A stretch of DNA of 63,980 nucleotides, counting the filler, from Octopus bimaculoides (lineage: Eukaryota): assembly GCF_001194135.2 (NCBI RefSeq). It is 7 parts of 6 records of this genome, joined end to end, with 100 filler letters (N's around TTAATTAATTAA, not from the genome) between each part and the next. Parts side by side here need not be neighbours in the genome. Positions count along the whole stretch, not along the records: positions 13,317 to 31,251 come from NC_068987.1; positions 31,352 to 47,005 come from NC_068993.1; 5 more parts are not named here. One strand, written 5' to 3'. The position numbers and the translations under genes were made by a program. Each line of letters starts with the position of its first letter. Position 1 is the stretch's first letter. The notes below the pieces were generated by a model. It worked only from the letters and a program-made list of their open reading frames with translations, ran no database searches and was not told the DNA's origin. This document shows positions 23,745-36,559 of the stretch, in pieces.

Positions 23745-24583
23745 TAGATTCTCTCAAAGTGAATTACTCCTTTGCAATTCCACCAGATGGAGAGAAGAAC
23801 CTTTTTCCCATGAAGTTCCCTTCTCGGTTGTTGTTTGAGCCTTTTCCCTTTTACCAAGCCACTGTATACGACGGTTACCATTTCGATAGAAGATCCATTT
23901 TTCGTCACCAGTCACAAGTCTATCCGAAAAGGGTGAAATGAGTTCGCGAGAATGGAAAGAAGAGCAGATGTCAACTCGAGATTTGCGGTTGCTTTCGGAC
24001 AATTCATGAGGCACCCATTTTCCAAGTTTAGGAACCTTTCCAAGTTATTGAAGATGACGACGAACAGTTGTATGGTTTGAACTAAGCTTTATTGCCAATT
24101 CTTCAACTGATAATGCAGGATTTTCTTCAAGTACTGCCTCAAGGAGCTTATCATCACACTGAACTGGACGTCCTGTTCGATCTTCATTTTCAAGGCTGAA
24201 ATCTCCACTTCTGAATTTTGCAAACAATCTTCTGCAAGTTCTTTCATTCAAACATTCTTTCCCATAAACTGAGTGTATGTTTCGATTCGCTTCGGCTGCA
24301 GAGTTTCCTTTTTTNNNNNNNNNNNNNNNNNNNNNNNNNNNNNNNNNNNNNTACTCATAAAGCATTATGTGCCTTAAATGCTCTTTGGATACTTCCATGC
24401 TAGAAAGGGTTTTAATCAAAGAAATTTTAATTCTATTATTCTGTAAAATAATATTTAATTAGTTTAAATGTACACAAATGCATAAAATAATTTTTAATTC
24501 CATTAGATATTCTAAAATACTATTAAATTTCAATCAATTTTATAAAAGGTAAAATCGGACAGAACTTATGGGATGACCTGACA
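23745..24583 (-). mobile_element. mariner-family transposon remnant, 3' truncated
   Basis: MEVSKEHLRHIMLYE.KKGNSAAEA..FAKFRSGDFSLENEDRTGRP..KWVPHELSE..DRLVTGDEKWIFY..SIWWN. Left TIR tcaggtcatcccataagttctgtcc near 24557-24581. Confidence 0.9.
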
Positions 24584-25217
24584 GATAAAGTAAGTAGCAG
24601 TGAAGCCCTATTGCCAATCTAATCGATGTAATCTTATAAAACAATAACTTTATGTCTATGCAAGAAATCAATATCTAAATTATCTTGTGCCAATGTTATT
24701 GTGTGTTTTATGCTGTATTTTATTTTTTTAATATATATTTTCTTATGTATTTGTGGACTTTGATGTATTTCCTATATATGACCGTTTATTGAGAGGACTG
24801 TTGTCTGTTGAGTCGTTGACCCAAATGTAATGTTTTTATTCTGTAACTAATAATTTTTTATCCCTGTATCAATTAACTTGAGCACTTCTCTTTGCAGTCC
24901 TGTAAAAAACTAATTTGTTTCCTAATAAGAAACGGTTACTATTACCTATATATATANNNNNNNNNNNNNNNNNNNNNNNNNNNNNNNNNNNNNNNNNNNN
25001 NNNNNNNNNNNNNNNNNNNNNNNNNNNNNNNNNNNNNNNNNNNNNNNNNNNNNNNNNNNNNNNNNNNNNNNNNNNNNNNNNNNNNNNNNNNNNNNNNNNN
25101 NNNNNNNNNNNNNNNNNNNNNNNNNNNNNNNNNNNNNNNNNNNNNNNNNNNNNNNNNNNNNNNNNNNNNNNNNNNNNNNNNNNNNNNNNNNNNNNATATA
25201 TATATATATATATATAT

Positions 25218-25380
25218 AAACGCGGAGTAGATGGACAGGGACAACTGATGAAGGGAAATATTCTTTATGTTGAATGTCTCATTTCTCTGTTTTTTTCGTT
25301 GTTCGAAAATAAATTCGTTTTCTGTTTTCGTTTCTCATTATGTTTAACGTTTTTTTTGTGATGTCCTGTACCCATATATG
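25218..25380 (+). repeat. Dispersed repeat, homologous to the minus-strand copy at ~26995-27400
   Basis: Shared aa(a/t)gcggagtagat..acag..gacaactgatgaaggg...ttttgtga.gtcct.tacccatatatgcat in opposite orientations. Confidence 0.65.
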
Positions 25381-25833
25381 CATGTATGCATACATATAGA
25401 TGTAGGTATGTACATATATATATGGATATATGCATGTATTTATATATTATTTATATTATTATGTATATTATAAAGCGGCTTCAACATGAATTAATAAAAA
25501 CTCAGATGACAATGATTGTATTTTATTGTACTTTTCAGATTTATTTTTTCACCTCTCCATAGACTGAGGGACAAATGGATGACGATTTTTTGCCAATAAA
25601 TAACAACTGAATACCAGTCTACAATTGTCTGATTATCGATACCAAGATCGCCATCTCCTGACAGAAGTACACGGTATAAAGGAGTTTCCCCATTTAAAGG
25701 GAGAAAGGGTGTATGCATGTATTTGTTTCTGTATGAATGTGCATAGGTGGACGAGAGAAAGAGAGTCAAAGAAAGCATGAAGAAAGAGAAGAGAGACTGA
25801 GGGAGAGAGGGAGAGGAGAGAAAAGGAGATGAA

Positions 25834-25916
<83 letters not shown>

Positions 25917-26385
25917 AATTATTTACTGTTTCTTTATGAATTGTTTGCTGCTAAGATAAGTTTTTATTAGATGCAGGGAACTTGTTGCAGGTGCTATATT
26001 CTTCTAGCTTTTAGTTAATATAGTTTCCAGTGATTTACAACTCTTTCGATGAAAGCAAACTGAGTGCTAGCACAGTTTAGGAAATGAATAAATAAATAAA
26101 TAGATAAATAATAAAGCAAAGAAAGTATTTAGGTACAAATCTTTGTTACAAGACGTTTTTATTACTTTCTCAACAACAACAACAACATTTACGAACCAAG
26201 CAAATGTAAAACTTCTGGCGAATTAATTGGAAATAAAAGAAACTTTGAGTTAGCACTTCAGGCCTTTCCATTTTACTTACAAGATGCAGGCATGGTTTAG
26301 CAAGTGCACGCATTGTCGTGTCGTTAAGACGTTCACTTTGCAGTCCTATATATACAATATATATATATAATATATATATAATGTA

Positions 26386-26416
<31 letters not shown>

Positions 26417-26426
26417 TTGTGTGTGT

Positions 26427-26765
26427 GAAGGCGCATGGCTCAGTGGTTAGAGTGCCGATCTTACGACCGTGAGGTTGTGAGTTCAAATCCCGGACCGGGC
26501 TGCGTGTTGTGTTCTTGAGCAAGACACTTTATTTCACGTTGCTCCAGTTCACTCAGCTGTAGAAATGAGTTGCGACATGACCAGTGCCAAGCTGTATCTG
26601 TCCCTTTGCCCTTCCCTTGGATAACACTGGTGGCGTGGAGAGGGGAGGATGGTATGCATGGGCGACTGCTAGTCTTCCATAAACAACCTTGCCCCGGCTT
26701 GTGCCTGGGAGGGTAACTTTCTAGGTGCAATCCCATGGTCATTCGTGACTGAAGGGGGGTCTCTG
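26427..26765 (+). mobile_element. tRNA-Arg-derived SINE with CORE-like domain (OR2-like)
   Basis: A box TGGCTCAGTGG, ACG anticodon-like loop (cttacgacc), B box GAGTTCAAATCC, then gtgttcttgagcaagacact..ctccagttcactcagctgtagaaatg (CORE-like). Family name is inferred. Confidence 0.85.
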
Positions 26766-27555
26766 ACTTATATANNNNNNNNNNNNNNNNNNNNNNNNNN
26801 NNNNNNNNNNNNNNNNNNNNNNNNNNNNNNNNNNNNNNNNNNNNNNNNNNNNNNNNNNNNNNNNNNNNNNNNNNNNNNNNNNNNNNNNNNNNNNNNNNNN
26901 NNNNNNNNNNNNNNNNNNNCATATATATGCATATATATGCATATATACACACATATATGTACATATTTACATGTATATGTATATATATATATGCATATAT
27001 GGGTAGAGGACGTCACAAAACGAAAACATAGAAAATGAGCTGTTTTTTGCGAACACGAAAGAAACAAATGGAAAAACAAGACAAGGAACATAAAACGACC
27101 CTTCATCAGTTGTCGGCTGTTTATCTACTCCGCATTTCGAGCAATTACAATAAGCCTTCGATGAAACAGTTGCTCCTGCAAACCCAAATAAAATTTGGGA
27201 TTTTCGAATGGTCAAAGTTGGTAACAAAAACAGGACAGTGAAAACAAAACAGTGAGGGCTGCTAAGCCATAACGAGGTGAGATGGTGAACGCTGGAGAGG
27301 AACAGGCTTTGACAGGAGAAACGATAGGACAGGAGATAGAGAAGAATGCGTCTGATCTGTGCGGTAGACAAGAAAGAAAGAAAGAAGCTCAAGTTAGGAA
27401 AAGAAAGATGGCCGATGGTCCCGTGTGAGCAACGAGAGAGTAAAGGAGAAAGAGTGAGAGAAAGAGAGGGACAGATAGAAAACGATGAAGGGGGAGAAAA
27501 AACAATTAGCGACAGGATGAGAGAGAAAAAACTGCCGAACTGCTAGGTTACAGGG

Positions 27556-27803
27556 ATGTAAGCACACCCACATCGGTTATCAATCGATGGGGGCTGGCGT
27601 GGACAAACACAGACACAAAGACACAGATACATATGTATTCGACAAGCTCCTTCCAGTTTCCATCTACGAAATCCACTCACAAGGCTTTGGTCGGCCCGAG
27701 GCTATAGTAGACGACACTTGCCCACAAGGTGTCGCGCAGTGGGACAGAACTCGGAACAACGTGGTTGATATGCAAGCTTCTCACCACACAGCCACTCCTG
27801 CGC
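27556..27803 (-). mobile_element. SINE family C copy
   Basis: Reverse complement of gcgcaggagtggctgtgtgg..gggcaagtgtc..ctatagcctcgggccgaccaaagccttgtgagtggattt plus part of the 3' body. Confidence 0.8.
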
Positions 27804-28404
27804 ATATGCATATANNNNNNNNNNNNNNNNNNNNNNNNNNNNNNNNNNNNNNNNNNNNNNNNNNNNNNNNNNNNNNNNNNNNNNNNNNNNNNNNNNNNNN
27901 NNNNNNNNNNNNNNNNNNNNNNNNNNNNNNNNNNNNNNNNNNNNNNNNNNNNNNNNNNNNNNNNNNNNNNNNNNNNNNNNNNNNNNNNNNNNNNNNNNNN
28001 NNNNNNNNNNNNNNNNNNNNNNNNNNNNNNNNNNNNNNNNNNNNNNNNNNNNNNNNNNNNNNNNNNNNNNNNNNNNNNNNNNNNNNNNNNNNNNNNNNNN
28101 NNNNNNNNNNNNNNNNNNNNNNNNNNNNNNNNNNNNNNNNNNNNNNNNNNNNNNNNNNNNNNNNNNNNNNNNNNNNNNNNNNNNNNNNNNNNNNNNNNNN
28201 NNNNNNNNNNNNNNNNNNNNNNNNNNNNNNNNNNNNNNNNNNNNNNNNNNNNNNNNNNNNNNNNNNNNNNNNNNNNNNNNNNNNNNNNNNNNNNNNNNNN
28301 NNNNNNNNNNNNNNNNNNNNNNNNNNNNNNNNNNNNNNNNNNNNNNNNNNNNNNNNNNNNNNNNNNNNNNNNNNNNNNNNNNNNNNNNNNNNNNNNNNNN
28401 NNNN

Positions 28405-28718
28405 GAAATTAACGTGCAAGTGACTGAGCACTCCACAGACACGTGTACCCTTAACGTAGTTCTCGGGGATATTCAGCGTGACACAGTGTGACAAGGCTGA
28501 CCCTTTGAATTACAGGCACAACAGAAACAGGAAGTAAGAGTGAGAGAAAGTTGTGGTGAAAAAGTACAGCAGGGTTCGCCACCATCCCCTGCCAGAGCCT
28601 CGTGGAGCTTTAGGTGTTTTCGCTCAATAAACACTCACAACGTCCGGTCTGGGAATCGAAACCGCGATCCTATGACCGCGAGTCCGCTGCCCTAACCACT
28701 GGGCCATTGCGCCTCCAC
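28405..28718 (-). mobile_element. tRNA-derived SINE (OR1-like), 3' end in gap
   Basis: Near-identical to 52689-53053 and 56528-56916 on the opposite strand. Confidence 0.88.
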
Positions 28719-28888
28719 AGCACACCACTATAACTGCTTTAAAGACTTACACAGCCATCATCAATAATACCAACATAATCATAACACCAACACAATCAGC
28801 ATCAACAACACCAACAGGGAATCCTCTCTGTGAACGATCGATCAGTTAGAAATAGCAATCGAATCCCCGCCCCCAAATCACACCTTAA

Positions 28889-29111
28889 CCCATTAATGCA
28901 TAGCGTCCAGAAAAATGGACGCTGGAAAAAATTACTATTACTTGTTTCGTACGTGTGTGTAGTTGGTTTGTTTGCACACAACGCCTGCTCACTCATAGAG
29001 CAGTAGTTTAGAGGCAGACCATACCAAAAATAAACTCAATAAATAGTTTACTTAACAAGCAATAGTGATTTTTTCCTGCGTCCATTTTTCTGGACGCTAT
29101 GTATTAATGGG
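28889..29111. mobile_element. piggyBac-type MITE, 223 bp
   Basis: TTAA at 28885-28888 and 29112-29115; CCC...GGG ends; 34-bp TIR cccattaatgcatagcgtccagaaaaatggacgc with 1 mismatch. Inserted into another repeat. Confidence 0.9.
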
Positions 29112-29239
29112 TTAAATAATAAAGGATATGTGGAATAATGCAGTCTTCATCATGTAAAAAGGACGGAATGCTTACAGCTGGAACATCTTTCATCATAAGT
29201 TTGTTCTATCGGGGGTGATCAAGGGTTAAACAGCGGTAG

Positions 29240-29278
29240 CAGTAGTATGATCATCATCATCATCACCATCATCATCAC

Positions 29279-29333
<55 letters not shown>

Positions 29334-29472
29334 AGCAGCAGTAGCAGCAACAATAGCAGTAATAACAATGAAGTAGGTCCCTACGACTACAGCACTACTG
29401 TTGCTGGTACTACTAACATAGTAATTGTACTACTACTGCTGCTACCACCGCCACCACCATCACCGCCACCAA

Positions 29473-29540
<68 letters not shown>

Positions 29541-29800
29541 TTGCTGCTGCTGCTGCTGCTGCTACCAACGCCACTGCCACCACCGCCACCGCCACCACNN
29601 NNNNNNNNNNNNNNNNNNNNNNNNNNNNNNNNNNNNNNNNNNNNNNNNNNNNNNNNNNNNNNNNNNNNNNNNNNNNNNNNNNNNNNNNNNNNNNNNNNNN
29701 NNNNNNNNNNNNNNNNNNNNNNNNNNNNNNNNNNNNNNNNNNNNNNNNNNNNNNNNNNNCACCACCACCACCACTATTACTACTAACACCACTACAAACA

Positions 29801-29898
<98 letters not shown>

Positions 29899-29900
29899 GT
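29240..29900. repeat. Compound trinucleotide microsatellite (CAT/CAG/TAC/CAC) with internal gap
   Basis: Direct inspection; source of the poly-amino-acid pseudo-ORFs. Confidence 0.95.
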
Positions 29901-30075
29901 TGAAACAATCTTCACACAGTTTCCAAAGCCTCTATGTTTACATCAATCTTACAGATGTCACCATGTAAATCACATCGTTTGCATTTCAACGTCTGTTCTT
30001 GAGTCTATTTGTTTTAGAATAGTAAGCTTTCTGTGCCACCCTATGCTAAACACACACACACACACACGCACACAC

Positions 30076-30170
<95 letters not shown>

Positions 30171-30452
30171 TACAAACATACATACACGCATGCACACACA
30201 CATGTGCAACACAGACATTTACTTATACACGCACATTCTCACACTGATATCTACAAAGAAGGCTAACTCCAATGAATCTTCCTTTACGAAACACTCATAC
30301 ATACATGCATACATACAAACATATAGACATACATACATATAGACATACATACATAATGCGTACATACATGCATTTATACATACTAACTTATATACATAAA
30401 TACATGCATTCATGTATACATACACACAATATATATACATATATATGTATAC

Positions 30453-30505
<53 letters not shown>

Positions 30506-30689
30506 CATACATACATACATACATATAGTATATGTGTTTATTGTTTATGCCAACACATGCATATTTCAAAGTATACCTATATTCCACCTACGGCTTTGCT
30601 CACAATAAATTCGTTGTGTGAGGAAACATTTTGCCCAGAATCAGTGCAGGAATAACACAGCACCGTTTTTTCCTCTTTTCTTTCTTCAA

Positions 30690-30784
30690 CATCATCATCA
30701 TCATCACCATCATCAACGCCATCAGCAGCAGAAATATTACTGCCTCCACATTCACCACCACCACCACCACCACCACCACGACCC

Positions 30785-30830
<46 letters not shown>

Positions 30831-30995
30831 AATCCAAGTCGTGTTCAGATAATTGCACGAAAGCAATAAAGTAGCACAGGAGGTAACGATTTGCTGTCAT
30901 CTTATTTTATTCGACCCGAGGCCAACGACAACGGCGACCAATATTATGCCATTCACTAGATAGAATAAAAAACAACAACAGTAATAATAATAATA

Positions 30996-31038
<43 letters not shown>

Positions 31039-31154
31039 CAAAGGAGAAAAATACGTAAGTGACGAGAGGCGAAAAGAACGAAAATGAGACATTTGAAATA
31101 GCGTATTGATTGCACTGAAGATTGGTGTCTTTTGAGCCGTTAGTTTAATTACAA

Positions 31155-31213
<59 letters not shown>

Positions 31214-31390
31214 AAATAAATATAAATGTAACAAAAGAAAAAAAGCAGAAANNNNNNNNNNNNNNNNNNNNNNNNNNNNNNNNNNNNNNNNNNNNTTAAT
31301 TAATTAANNNNNNNNNNNNNNNNNNNNNNNNNNNNNNNNNNNNNNNNNNNNTATATTATATTATATTATATTATATTATATTATATTATA
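30690..31390. repeat. Microsatellite cluster: (CAT)n, (CAC)n, (GAT)n, (AAT)n, (TATAT)n
   Basis: Direct inspection. Confidence 0.9.
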
Positions 31391-32204
31391 TTATATTATA
31401 TTATATTATATGTTAGTATTAGACAATTTAAATATATATTAACTAAATTTGACTGAAACTGATGGGTGAGCTTTTGACCGATCGGATGTGCCAAGAGCCG
31501 TGTAAGCGTTGATTTGTGGGTTCGATTCTGCCTTAGATTAACTCATTATTTTTCGGTCATTTGTTTGTATCTTAAAATTATCGCTTCAAATCGGAGAATA
31601 TATATTATTATTATATATTATTATACAGTTATTATTAAACTATCAGTCTTCTATAGTAGGTTTCTCTCCGTAACTTACAAAGACTTTCATGCTTTATTCT
31701 TTTATTTGCTCCTTTCATTTGACTGTGGCCATGCTGGAGCACCGCCCTTAGTCAAACAAATCGACCCCAGAACTTATTCTGCTGAAGATGGTGGAGGATG
31801 TGGTGACGGCGACGGTAGTGCTATAGCCACTACCGGTTCTGCTGCATGAACAACGACACCAACACCGTTGGCAGCGCCAGCAGCAGCGACGACAACAACA
31901 ACAACAGCAACAACAGCAACGCCAGCACAGCAGCAACAACAATGACTGCACCACAGGCAACACGCGCAGGGATGAGAATATGACTGGCACCAAGGCCACC
32001 CCCAGCAACGCCAACAATAGCACAAGCACTAACACCAACACCAACAGTAGCAGCCCCAACTCCAGCAGCGACAACACCACCGGCGGCATCAGCAGCAACA
32101 GCAACAACAACAGCTCCAACAACAGCACCACCTACAACAGCACCACCTACAACAGCAACAGGTGCAACGATAGCAGCAACAGGTGCAATGAAGTACGTGA
32201 GGTG

Positions 32205-32880
32205 CACTAGGAACTCTCTCAAACAGCGTATTTCTAATCATCTGTCGTCCTCCAGGGTCCCTGAAAAGAGATACGTGACATCGCTGGTCAGCTATATCTG
32301 GCAATTACGAGACGTAGAGATTCCATACTCGATCGCATGGAAAATACTCGAGAACCCAGGCCCCTACATCAACGGGACGAAACGATGCAAGTTATGCATT
32401 GCCGAACGCATGAGCATTCTTAAAGACTCGCTCGTGCCAGGGGAAATCCTGAACTCCAGATTTTCGACCCATGCTTGCATTTTAGAAAATTCCTGCTGGC
32501 TTTTTGGAATCTGCATGGCGGCACTGCAGACGGAAACTAATAGCCAAGGCCGAAGGGAGACAATCGTTTACCTTGGTAGTGCTTTGGTGACCGCAAGACA
32601 GCAGCACGGCAGAAGATCGATGGACAATGGCAAAGGGAGATAATCACATAGGGTTTTAACCTTAAAAACCGAGTTTCCCCATCCATATTCTAAATAAGTC
32701 TCAGGCCAGCAATGTTTGGGCTCTGAAGATACGCCGTAAGGCTAAACCCCTTATGAGCGAGAAACCAGGGTAACCCTATAAACCGGCCTACCCCACTACA
32801 ATATTAACTGCTCTACATCTGAGAGTGTACTTCTCCTCCGTATTTATGTATTTCTACAAGCGATATATATAAATAGATGT
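32205..32880 (+). mobile_element. Penelope-like element 3' remnant: GIY-YIG endonuclease C-terminus plus terminal region
   Basis: SLKQRISNHLSS..TSLVSYIWQLRD..YSIAWKILE...YINGTKRCKLCIAERMSIL..LNSR, and after a frameshift PCLHFRKFLL. This matches the RxxxH / CxLC / CxH pattern of PLE endonucleases; a hammerhead follows. Confidence 0.85.
32715..32780 (+). ncRNA. Type I hammerhead ribozyme (slightly degenerate) in the PLE terminal region
   Basis: Core CTGAAGA at 32723-29; stem II t(a)cgc-cgtaagg/ccttatg-a-gcga; GAAA at 32761-64; short stem III (ACC-AG-GGT); triplet GTA at 32770-72; stem I tgggct/acccta with one C-C mismatch. Confidence 0.7.
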
Positions 32881-35800
32881 GTGTATTTTTCCCTTGTTAT
32901 ACATTCCTCTCCACTTCCTCTCTCTTTTATAAAAGGTACTAAATTTCACTCCACATTCCTCTCCTTTACTCATACCTCAATAACTTACGTTTCTGTAAAT
33001 TAGTTGCTAGGTAATCGTTGTACTTTACCGTCCACTATCAAATATTGCTATATTGGAATGCCCGCCAACCACACAATAATATTTAAGTCAACGCATTAAG
33101 GAATCTTTGTTAAAGTCTAAGTAAACGTGTAATTAATTACTGATTATGATTTAAACTGGAGAGTGGCATTACAACAAGATACGAGTTAAGTGATGAGAGA
33201 ATCAGGAATTTAACATGCGGCCACAAAATTCGATATCTCAGAGCAATGTTTTTGTTTAAGCACCTGACCTCATAAATTGGTTTGTGTGAAATGTTGGCTT
33301 CTGTGTCACAGTATGAGGTCTTCAGAAAATTCTATATCTATTCATCTGATTTACGTCAATAAAGAGTGTATCAAACATCTGGTCATGTATATTTATGAGA
33401 TCACCTGAAATAAATTTTAAATATTTATCAAAAGCTCATACATTTCATATCTAATCGTTTGTCTACAACACCTGCCAATTGTGGGAAATAACGAAAATCC
33501 TTGTGACGGTGAAGTTACGTTTCTCACTTTTAAACAATGAATTATAGGTTTAACGTTAATAAGAGTCACATTCTTTCCCTGAAGCTACAGATGAACTCAT
33601 TAAAATGTTGAAAAATCCCTGCCTCAAAGAAAATGCTATTCGTTGAACTTCTCAGATCATCTGCCAAATTTTTCAGTTTGAATAAGTTTTGTGCAAGGTG
33701 AAATAATTTCATACAGCTTAGTACAGACAACTGCCTACGGAAACCATTGTACTTCTTTGTGAAGGAGGAAGTTGTCACAATCTCTTTTACAGCTGACAGT
33801 TGCTGAAATATTTGACCTCATACTAATGAACTCTTGTTTACCTAAGATGCACCATAGGAATTGTTTGTGGTACGTAAATAAAATGACAAAAATAATTTTA
33901 AGAAAAGAAATAAAGCATGTTAATAAGATTTTGTGTGTGTGCGTGTATGTGTGAGTGCGTGTGCGCGCGCGCGTGAGTGCGTGTTATGACTGGGACTACA
34001 TTTCTGTTTTGATGGATTTTATGCTTGTATTTTAAACAATGAAATATAAAAGATTTCACTCCACCCGCAAATAGTAGTATAAGAACCGCAACGTTATTAT
34101 ACCTTTGTATGTGTGTATATGTGTAGTATGTATATGTGTGTGTGCCTCTCTGTCTGTTTGTTAGTGCGAGTGTGGGGAGCGTGTACAAATATTTCTAAGA
34201 AAACACCCAGGACCTAAAGGAACTGCTTGTCACCCATATTATCATCAGTTTTTTCTCTTTTTTTTTGCGGTATTGACAGAAAATGAAGGATGTCAGTTTG
34301 ATATGTTTTTGTTTACTTCTTCTACATCGTCCAAATTTAAAGTGAAATACATCAGAAAGATAAAAACATGCGAGTTGTAGGAGTAGACGTTGCTCGTGTC
34401 TTAAAGTTATCTTCTTATAATATCGATTATCGCATTAATAATTCTTTCTAACGTTGTTAGAAGCACACGAATCTGTAAGGTAAGGGCTATTATCGAATAA
34501 ATTTCATCTACACCAGAAAATAATTATCGAAAGGTAATCCGTCGAGGGTACAACTCAATGAATACATTGATGAAAACAAAATAATGTAAATAATTTACTC
34601 CAATGATATATTTTGGTCTGTTAACCCACTGTCTTGGTGAGTGAAAAGTATTTCCATTGGCGAAATACCATTTCTTCTCCAACTTTATATAATATTATAG
34701 TTAGGACTATATCTTTTTATGAAATACTCTAGCTGTCATATCATTAGTTTGAGGAACAAAACATTTTACTCTCAACAGTCGAATCTAAAGCTAATGAAAA
34801 CAGCTCCGGAACACTAAAATTGCTGAAAGTTTTAGCTGGTGTTGTTTATGTTTTGCAGAGTTATCTCACACTGTGAGGTTTATTAGTTTGCCGTGCTGAC
34901 TTCAATTCATGCCTCATAATGAAGGCAAGGCTTGGTCATTTGTTCTACAAACATTTCCGTTAGACGCACATCAACATACACTACAATAAAAGAAATAACC
35001 TAAAAGACGTGTGTTTCAGATAGCTTCTACTTGTAACATTCCAAGATGTGCAGTGGATTAACTATGAGATATTTAGTTTTCTGACTAGCAAGCGAATATG
35101 AGAATGAAGATCAAAGAACACAACGGATACTCAAAGACAAAGAAAGAAAGGCTTTCACAGCACAAACAATAAGGTTTCCTTCAAACGGAATATAGAGAGC
35201 TCATCTCATTCTTCCAAAACGTAGAACATTCGATAATTTCCAAGATGCAATGATTGAGGAGAAATTTTCCAAATGTAGGATATACGTGTGGTTTAAGGAA
35301 AGAATTTCAGAGATCTCAAAACAAATATTACTTACTCCGTGAGTTTAGCTCAAGTTGTGTATTAGGCAATTTGTTAGTTTTTGAAGAAATTGAAGAGCAA
35401 AGTTACTGTGACTCAAAGGTCATCAAACCCAAACCTGAGTTGAAATGTGTCAAAAATATTTATGACTACAAACGTTCAAATACATCGAATATTACCAAAA
35501 TAACTTAGGAAGCCCATGATACATGCAGAAACTATATATCGAAATTCTATGGCTAGTACTAGAAACTTAGGAAAAGCAGATAATTTCACAAATTGCACTT
35601 TCACTCCACAGAGATAGGTTATAAACTTTATCCAGCACAAATACAAGCTGGCAGACCAGACTTAACTGAGAGGAAATGGAAGCATATCTTATACAATATG
35701 TTAGCTTAACCCTTTCTGATAGGTGTTGGGGTGTCTATTTGCCACAAAAATGTTTTGCGAAAGAGGATAAGTTAGATACAGACGATTGCAATATATTCAT

Positions 35801-36524
35801 TTGCGCAGAACAGCCAAATCTACAAACGCTACCGAAAGGAGGGCAAACAATTATTTCAGGAACGAACATTTTCATGTATGTCATCAACTATTGTAAACAC
35901 AAGAAAAGAAATTGTCTGCGCGGGTATGCACGCACAGAGTTTACCTTATGCAACTGTACATATTTTTAAAGTGTTTACAGTCATAACAGAGCTAAAACAA
36001 ATTCCTAGAAAACAAACATTGCCAATGTAATGAATAAACTATCGAATGAGAGGTATCAAAAGCATTACCCTAAAGACCGATAATCACATAAGTATACAAT
36101 AATATTGATGAGATAATGAATATATAATAAACGATATAGCACAAAGACTTCCATTTAAAACATTCGTTTCGCAGTCATTCTTCATTCCAGTATATATATT
36201 CTTCTCTTCAGTTGTGTATCATTCCTCATGATAATTTTCTATTGAAAAATTCCATTCCAAAGTCCGGTCCACCTTCATTCATGCAGTCATATTCAATCAC
36301 AATTAGACACAACACAGTTCTCAACTAAGAGAGCAGCATAAAACTACTTCAGATTTTTAACAACCATAAAATAAAAGCCACCACAGCAGAGGTTATGCTA
36401 ACAATATAAAGACGGAAAGTGGGGATACGCTACCAACAATGATGTGACGATTCTCCGATTCTCCAAGATCCTTTCTAACCTCTCTCACACACACACACAT
36501 ATAAACATAGGGTCAAGGAGTATA

Positions 36525-36559
<35 letters not shown>

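Noticed and set aside
26427-26505. tRNA-like sequences at SINE heads (also 52689, 56528, 44410)
   Set aside because: No complete cloverleaf or acceptor stem; they continue directly into SINE bodies.
29247-32304. Poly-amino-acid ORFs (poly-T/L/H/V/A)
   Set aside because: Translations of trinucleotide microsatellites, with no splice or codon evidence.
33540-33860. Possible Helitron-like peptide (FPEATDELIKMLKNPCLKENAIR)
   Set aside because: Similarity too weak and not supported by neighbouring motifs.
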